In this document: one piece after another, positions 37,223 to 64,000 of the stretch | Numbering within the stretch: position 1 is the stretch's first letter | Layout of the letters: each line of letters opens with the position of its first letter | Assembly: GCF_009914755.1 (NCBI RefSeq) | Contig: NC_060926.1 | DNA: 64,000 nucleotides | Source of the DNA: the human T2T-CHM13v2.0 reference genome, Homo sapiens | Strand: one strand, 5' to 3' | The notes under the pieces: generated by a model | What the model saw: the letters and a program-made list of their open reading frames with translations, nothing else | Told to the model about the DNA's origin: nothing | Databases searched by the model: none | Program-made: the position numbers and the translations under genes

Positions 37223-37571
37223 GCCTACAACTGAATACACTAAGCAGTTGAAAATAAATGGATTAAATCCACAAGCAGCAACATGGTTATAGCCCCATCA
37301 GTTATGAAGTAAAACGCATACCTCTGACCCAGCAACTGTAGTTTTTCATTCACTGCAGCAACGGTCCTTAATGAGAATACTAAATAAACTACGATACATA
37401 CTACATAAGAGATTGTGTAGTAGTTAAGAAGACTCAGGTTGATTCCTGTGTTCCAACATGAAAAAATCTCAAAATCATTCTGTTAGGGGAAAAAACTGCA
37501 GAACAATGTGTATGGTATGATGTCATTAATGCAGAGGAGAAAAAACTCTGCTCTTTTTTTATTCTGTATTA

Positions 37572-37840
37572 CCTATATATACATGAAAATACATAGAGAA
37601 TAGCCTGGAAAGACCACAAAAACTGATAACTTCTGTTTCTGTGAGTAGGTCAAGGGGGCCTTTATTCTGTCTATACTGTTTTGAGTATCAGATGAGTTTG
37701 TGTTCCCTATATATACATGAAAATACATAGAGAATAGTCTGGAAAGACCACAAAAACTGATAACTTGTTTCCGTGAGTAGGTCAAGGGGGCCTTTATTCT
37801 GTCTGTACTGTTTGAGTATCTGACAAGTGAGTGTGTGTTC
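37572..37840. repeat. Tandem duplication, two copies of ~134 bp
   Basis: cctatatatacatgaaaatacatagagaatag... at 37572 and 37706. Confidence 0.92.
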
Positions 37841-38112
37841 TGAGCCACCTGCAGAGTTGCAGCACACAGTCACACAGAGTGTGCACTACACAACTCCAGC
37901 AGCTGCCAGGCACAAGGACTCCAATGTGAATGGTGCTCCCTAAAGCTGGGCAGAATACAATCTACACAACTAGGTGCCACAGCTCTGATGCTCGTGTAAT
38001 TCGAAATCAATAAAAGGGAGTAGGGAAGATAGAGAATGGACTGCAAACCAGCATAAGGGAACATTCTGGGGTGATGGAAATTTCTTGATTGGAATGGTGG
38101 TTACAAAGTATA

Positions 38113-38589
38113 CAGCAGTCTCCCCTCAGAAATAAACAATTTGTAAGTTTTAAGTTGTGTACCATTCTGAATAGCGTGACGAAATTTTGTGCCATCCCAC
38201 TCTGTCCCACCTGGGATATGAACTATCCCTTTCTCCAGCATATCCACACTGCATAAGCCACCTTCTGGTTACTCACTTAGTAGCTGTCTCAATGATCAGA
38301 TTGACTGTCATGGTATCACAGTGCTTGTGTTCAAGTGACCACTGTTTTACTTAATAATAAAGTGCAAGAGTAGTGATGCTGGCAATTGGGATATGCCACA
38401 GAGAAGCCAAACATATGCCTAAGAGAAGTCATTAATCTCTCATGGCAACTAATTTATAAGTTAAAACTTTATCATAGATACTTAAGTATAGGGAAAAAAC
38501 AGTCTATATAGGGTTTGGAATTAACTGTGGCTTCAGGCATCCACTGGTGCTCTTGGAACATATCCCTGAGGCTAATGGGGGGACTACTG
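38113..38589. mobile_element. MER44 (Tigger7-derived, TcMar) DNA transposon
   Basis: TA|cagcagtc.cccct ... ggggggactactg|TA terminal inverted repeats with TA TSD. Confidence 0.8.
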
Positions 38590-39504
38590 TACACATTTTT
38601 CCAAAACTCATCCAACCGCACACGGGAAATCTGTGCATTTTATTTTGTCAACTATACGTCAAAAAGTTGGTTTTAAAATAAATACATAAACAAAATATCA
38701 TTGAGAGAGCCTGGAATAAGGCACCCAATATTGTAGAACCTAGGCACCTCTCAACAAGAGACCTGCTGGCTGTACAGCCCTGAAACAGGAGAAATAAATT
38801 TACTTCTTCAAGGCTTCCTATACAATGCCAGATTTTGATTATTACTTATTTTTCACACGAAGAAACTAAGGCCCTGAGAGAGTAACATAAAGACATAAAA
38901 TAAACAATAAGTTGAAATTCTCTTGGTTCTGAGTCTAATTTTCTAACCATAGGTAGAAATTTGTCTCTCGGGCATAGTGGACATCCAAAAACTCTGCCAG
39001 CACTACCTTGACTGCACAACCCCTTTCAAAGGCAATTCCACTTATGCATGATAAAAATCCTTAGAGAACTCATAAAAGGTCAAGTTTTAATTTGGCAGAC
39101 AAAGTAACCCAACAGGCACTGCAACCCAGGTTACTGAAACAGCAGCCTGGAGCTCCAGAGTTCAGAGATTCAACCAAGGCAGAGCACAGGTAGAATTCCA
39201 GCCCTTACAGAAAAGCAGAGGCACCAACAGCCTCGCACTACAGGTCTAAGACCCAAGAACCAGGACCAAAATGAAAAAGTGTTCTCTAGACAACACTACC
39301 CTCTTCCTTCTCAAGTAATAGAAAAAGCCAATGGGAGAAGGAACAAAATGGGATGATCTCAAGCAACAGGCCAAGGAGCAAGCTCTTGAAGGCCAACATG
39401 AAAGACACATGGGAAAGTGGTAGCATGGCCACAGAAACCAAGACCTCGCCGCCTTAGCCATTGCTTTAACGTGCCCAGACCTCAGAACCGGGGTTGCCTC
39501 GCAT

Positions 39505-39507
<3 letters not shown>

Positions 39508-39538
<31 letters not shown>
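39508..39538 (+). repeat. A31 homopolymer
   Basis: Directly visible; not attached to a recognisable Alu or L1. Confidence 0.9.
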
Positions 39539-39542
<4 letters not shown>

Positions 39543-40299
39543 CAGAGAGAGAGAACTTGTGGAACAGGAGAAATCCAGCAACCTTCCCTAACACTAGAGT
39601 GACTGACACTGCTCCATGGCAAATGTGGCCAAACCTTGCTTGTCCATTCATTCATGCAATAGACACTTATGGCTCAACCGCTGTGAGCCAGGCAACATTC
39701 TGAAGATTTAGCAGTCAATAGTCATGGAGCTTATTTCTAGATGGGAAGGAAGGAAACTTCCTTTCTTTCCAAACGTCTTTTTTCCCCATCTAAGAGCCCC
39801 CTTTAAATGTTACCCGTAGGAGCCTTCAAAACTCTCCCAAATTTCTCCCACAGGCTTCTTTTGACCTTTCTGCTTTATCCCCAAAACCACGCAATTTATG
39901 GCTCCAATTTCCCAATACTGGGAAAAGACAAAAGAGACCGAAAGTAAATAGGGCATGCGACATAAAATTCGACGCTCCTTTGTATTTCATGTGCATATCT
40001 TCACAGCCACACTGTCAGCACCTCAATAACATGACGGTGTTCCATACTATTTCGTGGCCCCAGTGCTGACTACGGGTCTCTACCTACGGTAGCTGGAAGG
40101 TCTTCCTAATCCCAAGGCCTGGCACAGGAATTTAAGGGCAAGTATTCGTCACCGGCATCCTCGTCTCGGGACACTTCTTTCCTGTCCAGGGTGACCTCCT
40201 GGACAGGTTCGCTATTAGGCGCCTCGGGAAACAGTGATTTGGGGTGATCTGAAATAAATACCCTTCCCTCTGCCAGGGCCTGCCCGCCTCACCTGCCCT

Positions 40300-41350
40300 C
40301 TGCCAGGACCTGCCTCACTCGCCCCTTCAGCACCTAACGCAGAGCCGCCTCCAGGCGAGCCGGGCTCGGGCAGCATCAGCCCGGCGCCGGGCCCCCGCTC
40401 GCGCCCGTGCCCCGGCGCGTTCCGGACCCCGATACCCCTCCCGGCCCGGGATCCGCCGCATCCCCTCTGCCTGTCCCTCCGGGGCTAGCCGCGCCGTCCC
40501 ACCTCGCAGCCGCGCGCGGTGCAGCGGCCCCGGCTCCCCGCGCCCTCCCCGACTCCTGCAGCGCCGCACCCGCAGGCTCCCGGGTCCCCAGTCCCGGCGC
40601 AGCGCGAGCTGCCGTCCCGCACCTCGCGGGCGCGAGGCTCCAGCCCAGCTCGTCTCCCCACAGCCCCGGCGGCGGCCGCAGACCCCCACCTTGCTCACTT
40701 CCCCGCCGGAGCAGGGGTCGTCGGGAAGGTCTCCTGCGGCCTCACTCCTCCGCACGCTCCGGCCCAGCCCCCTCGGCTGAGGCAGCGGCAGCGCCTACTC
40801 AGGCCCCGGAGCCACCCCCGCGGCGAACGTTCGCAGCGCCCGGCTCGCGCCGCTTCTCCGCCCGGCACGCGCAGCGCCCGCCCCCGGCGCGAGGGCGCGA
40901 GGGCGGAGGGCGGAGGGCGGATGGGCGGGCGCGCGCCCAGCGCGAGCGCGCGGCCGGGGGCGTGGCTTCCGCGCGCGGGGAGGGGGCGGGAGCGGCCGAG
41001 CAACCCCCCTCCACCCCGCCCCCGCGGCCGCGCCCCGCCCACCGGTCGCCGGCGGGTTCCGGGCAGGCGGGAAGCTGGCTCCATCCAGGCTTCTCCCGCT
41101 CGCTGGCGTCGGGCCGGGTGTCTTTCCATCCGCAGGTATCCGTCGGCGGGGTGCCCGGCCCGACGTGACTACCCGACAAAGAATGCAAAGAGCCACCCCG
41201 TGAATCATTCTCCGCGCCTGGGTCACAAGCCTGTGCCCGAGTGACCCCCGTGAACTCCGCAAGCTAGCCCAGCCGCGGCGTGCGCCCCGCGCTGCACCAG
41301 GTGCCTGTGGGCGCACGATCACGGTCACGGCGCCTGGGCTCGAGGCGCCC
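40300..41350. promoter_or_regulatory. CpG-island, TATA-less promoter of DTNB with multiple GC boxes (Sp/KLF)
   Basis: Very GC- and CpG-rich ~1 kb in an otherwise CpG-depleted window, with repeated GGGCGG, GGGGCGTGG and CCCCGCCC motifs at 40875-41040. Confidence 0.93.
40690..40870 (-). other. DTNB: DTNB non-coding exon 1 (5' UTR); start approximate
   Basis: Lies in the CpG island. Candidate donors are AAG|gtgggg (exon end 40690) or GAA|gtgagc (40699). There is no ATG on the minus strand in this interval. Confidence 0.65.
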
Positions 41351-42037
41351 CAAACTTAGCGGGGAAAACAGCCATGTACACAACCAAGTCCGATGACCCG
41401 TGCAGAGCCAAGCCACGGTGCGATGCTGGCACAGAAGCTAGAGACGACTTCTGCTTGGACGCCGCAGAGGGCTAGAGGCGGCATTTATGGTCAACCTCGA
41501 AGGAAGAAAAAGAAGTCCTAGGAGGAAAAAGGGAGGACATTAGGGCTGGGAAAACAGTTTGGGCAAAGGAGCCGGGGCAGCCAGGTTTACCATCTCAGCA
41601 CCAGCTTTTTTGTGTTTTACTGTTATCCATCTTTTATAGAATTCTTTCCAAACTGTGAAATACAGGAGATGGTGCCAAATTAGAATATAGCAAGGACTTT
41701 TTGAATGGTTCAAATGGTCATTCTCAACGTTACTTAAGACTCAAAACAGCAACGTCCTTTGGGGGCTATTGGTCAATGATGAAGGCTGTAAGCTCCAGAG
41801 CTAAGCGACCCCAGGCCTGCATGCTGGGAGTATGGTTTTCACTGCTTTTTGGCACCTTACGGTAAGGCAGATCGTGCCACCTCCTGCTGCTGCCTGCCTG
41901 CCTGCCTGCCTGCCTTTAGAACACCCTCTTCCTCCTCCTCTCCTCTTTTTATTTTTAAACTCCTATGGTGAAGGAAATGCTGATAACCAACTTTGTTAAA
42001 TGGGAACAAATAGGTTCCTCAAAAGATGAGCATTTTC

Positions 42038-42337
<300 letters not shown>

Positions 42338-42689
42338 ATGGACATTTTACCTTTTACCTTACATATATGAAGTGTGTGAATATTTTCATGCTTGAGGAGA
42401 CTTATCTCTTGTAGGCACGGTCTTGGCTATGTTTTGTACATATTAAGATACTCAGAATACAGGTAAGAGACCTCTAGCTTCTTTATTTGCCCTTTTTGAG
42501 CACCCCCTATGTGGAAGGCATTGAGAGGGGTAAAACATTGATTCTGTTCTTTGGAGAAAAGATGTGTAAATAATATAAAATAAATGTGTAAATATCGCTT
42601 GATATGTTCGGTTTATTGATTGAAACCAAGGTAATTTCAATATGTGGACTAGACAATCCTAAACCATAAGGGAATTAAATACTTCAAGG

Positions 42690-44160
<1,471 letters not shown>

Positions 44161-44352
44161 TGAATACAAGCAAAGAATATCCAACATATGTGTCACTGGG
44201 GTTCTACATATGTCGAAGCTATAATCTAAGAATCTTTCTGAAAATAAGATATAAACCTATAAGGCCTACATTTACCTGGGAAAATTGCCAGAGGCTGAAC
44301 TCTGAGAGCTATGCTATTTACAGTGTTAAACTGATAATAATAATAATCTTCA

Positions 44353-45206
<854 letters not shown>

Positions 45207-45214
45207 AGAACACT

Positions 45215-45515
45215 TATTCTTAAAGCCCCAAGCTGCTATGTAAAATATGTAACTCCCCAGAAAGGTCCTACATGGAGAAGGAGAGGACCTAGCTGATTCT
45301 TGCTGGTATGAGTGAAATCGTCATGAAAGCCCTACATCAGCAGAATACCACTGAGTGACCTCAGTTGAAGCCACAGGGAACAGAAGAATCATCCAGCCAA
45401 GCCCTACCCAAATTCCTAACTCCAAAGACTGTGAAATTATAATTAAAATGGTTCTTACTTGAAGCCATTCTTTTTAGGGTAGGTGGTTTATTATGGAGTC
45501 TGGTAGCCAAAATAG
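45215..45515 (+). mobile_element. MLT1-type LTR fragment
   Basis: gctatgtaa...catggagaagg...cccaaattcctaactcc...aagccatt. Confidence 0.6.
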
Positions 45516-45737
45516 TTGGCATCACCCGTCTCAAGAACAACAAACAAGCAAGGCAGTAGTGATACAGCATTTTCAGCATTTTCTGGAAACTTAAGGAACA
45601 AAGATGCAAGCCAAGGATTTTATATCCATCCATTCATGCTGTTTTTAAAACATCTAGTCGATAAAAAAGAACTGTTTACAAAATGCACAACTCAAAGAAT
45701 ACTGCACATGCAAGCCCATCTTAAGCATCTAGTAGAG

Positions 45738-45940
45738 CAGGGTCAGCAAATTTTTCTAAAGCATCTGATAGTAAACATTTTAGGTTTGGTAGTCTAACTA
45801 CACCAGCCTGCTACTGTAGCACATAAGCAACCATACATGATATGTCAATAAGTGGGCGTGGCTATGTTCCAATAAAATTATATTTACAAAAACAGACTTG
45901 GAGCTGGATTTGGCCCATGAGCTACAGTTTGCCACCCCTA
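45738..45940. mobile_element. MER58A hAT MITE
   Basis: cagggtcagcaaatttttct...gttccaataaaattatatttacaaaaacag...tttgccacccct. Confidence 0.8.
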
Positions 45941-46040
45941 TACTAGAGGAAAAGGAATAAATTTATCAAGTAAGCACATCACAAAACACAAGGCCTGTAT
46001 GATTTAAGAAAATAATATACCATGATCCAAGTGGGGTTTA

Positions 46041-51900
<5,860 letters not shown>

Positions 51901-52394
51901 TGGAGGCAGGAAGAAAAATATTTTTAAAAATCTGCGCTAGAATCTGTTCTATTTTCATTCCACAGTCTGAACATCTAAGTCTTAATTACCATAGTGATAA
52001 ATGATCTGGGGGAAGAGGTGCGCAGTGGAATCTCCAAGGTCATGTGCCAGGTAGTGAGCTGAGAGTGGCAGAAAGGAGGCTGCGTGGGATGTGACCGAGC
52101 TGCGTGGGAGGGCAGACACCTGCCCGCTGAGTGTCAGTGTGGGCAAGAGGAAGGTAATAACAGCTGAAGGAAAACAATTTAATGAACTGAAAACCATTAC
52201 TTAAAGTTGTAAATCCACCATCCAGCCTGCCCTGGCTTCCAGCCTCCTCCTCCCACCCCCACCCCCACCCCGCCAAAAAAATCAAGAACATGCAGATAGC
52301 AATACTAAAAACAAAACATCATGATTGCATCTTGGTACCAAATTATTATAAATTGACACCATAATGTGTGTCGTTCTGTTCTCTGCCATTTACA

Positions 52395-52745
52395 GATGGC
52401 GTGACAGGACTGGAAGGGCTCCAGGAGAGAGTAATTAAAATGATTAGCAGAAAGCGGGTCCTTCACAGGAGGCAAAAAAAACCAAACTCCATCCTTCAGC
52501 GGAAAGTGAGAGCTTGGCCGTGACACGCCAAAGGTGTGCACAGTCAGAACACAGACAATGGTGCCGAATCTCACAGTACCAGCAGTACAGGATAGCGCGC
52601 CATCAGTGGTTGACAGAGGCAGATTTGGAAGAAATGAATAGGAACTGCTATTTTGCGTGGCAGATAACGTGGATATCCTTACCCCCAGAGGCTGACACAT
52701 GAGTCCTCCGTCTTGTCCAAATGTGGAATGAAGATGGCACAGAAG
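52395..52745 (+). mobile_element. CR1/L3-like ancient LINE 3' fragment
   Basis: ctggaagggctccaggagagagtaattaaaatgatt and ggcagatttggaagaaatgaataggaactgctatttt resemble the CR1 ORF2 C-terminal region. Confidence 0.5.
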
Positions 52746-53351
52746 ACCAGCTCGTGGGCCTCTGGGTGGGATTCGGAGGGCTGGGAAGAGAGGCAGTGCT
52801 GGACGGTGGTGTTGGTCTTTACTCTCTGTATTAACCTGTGGATTATGAGAGCCTGTGACAAATCACATGGAAAACCTTTCAAGACAAAACTTTCTAAGAT
52901 TTATCTTGTGAACAGCAGTTGTGTTCTTCAATAAAACCGTCCTTAGGTGTCAAGCTGAAGTTTGGACTGGACTGGATAGCTAGCGAGACTTCTATTGTAG
53001 TATTTTCTGGGTGCTAGGATCACAGGTGTGAGTAGCTATCATTCTGCCACACCGTGCAAAGCTCATGAGGCCAGAGGCTAGATGGCACCCCAAAATATCC
53101 CCAAGAATTACTCCAAAAGGCAATCCAGAGGCCAGAGTATCCAAGGAAGAGTGTATTACAGGTTTTGTTAGTTTACCAAAGGCTATTTATTTATGTAGTG
53201 TTGTCAGACACCTGAAAATGTCAACAAATTCTATGTTGACAAAACTTTCTAAACTGGCTCAAGGGTCATTCAAGGTGTTCTCACATACCTATCACCTGGT
53301 GTGCTTTTGAGAAAATACATCTGGGCCCCACAGTTCATCTAGATGAGCTAA

Positions 53352-57370
<4,019 letters not shown>

Positions 57371-57452
57371 ACTGTTGAGTGCTTTTTAATAGAGCTTCAG
57401 AGAGTTATGGGAGCCCAAAGGAAGAAAAGACCCATTCTATGTGGAGCCCTGG

Positions 57453-63972
<6,520 letters not shown>

Positions 63973-64000
63973 AGAGATGAGATTATATTGAAGGGTTTTT

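Noticed and set aside
40327-41328. ORFs of 129-253 aa on both strands
   Set aside because: Expected in a very GC-rich CpG island. They are low-complexity A/P/R/G translations, mostly with non-ATG starts, and show no domain similarity.
52300-52940. Possible processed pseudogene or terminal exon (AATAAA at ~52930)
   Set aside because: No recognisable protein, poly(A) tail or TSD; better explained as CR1-like plus unique sequence.

Overview
Primate (human or great-ape) genomic DNA containing the 5' end of DTNB (beta-dystrobrevin) on the minus strand. It holds a CpG-island promoter with non-coding exon 1 (~40.7-40.9 kb), ATG-containing exon 2 (19890-19957) and coding exon 3 (6310-6390). Spliced, these read [49 protein letters not shown](L). 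The rest is intron and about 23 kb of upstream intergenic DNA dominated by transposable elements: a full-length SVA with a perfect 14-bp TSD, a 5'-truncated L1PA with an open 380-codon ORF2 remnant, about 55 Alus, MER41A/MER4/THE1A/MLT1 LTRs, an apparently two-LTR MaLR provirus, ERVL/LTR16, hAT and Tigger DNA-transposon relics, and L1M/L2/MIR/CR1 fossils. Nearly all ORFs in the supplied track are repeat- or GC-composition artefacts. I found no convincing new multi-gene system. The most interesting unexplained signals are a candidate frame-shifting cassette exon in intron 2, a templated insertion copied from about 2 kb away, a THE1A LTR that ends in a poly(A) tail, and two ~135-155 bp tandem duplications. 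Repeat family names come from my recollection of consensus sequences and their boundaries are approximate; nothing was run against a database.
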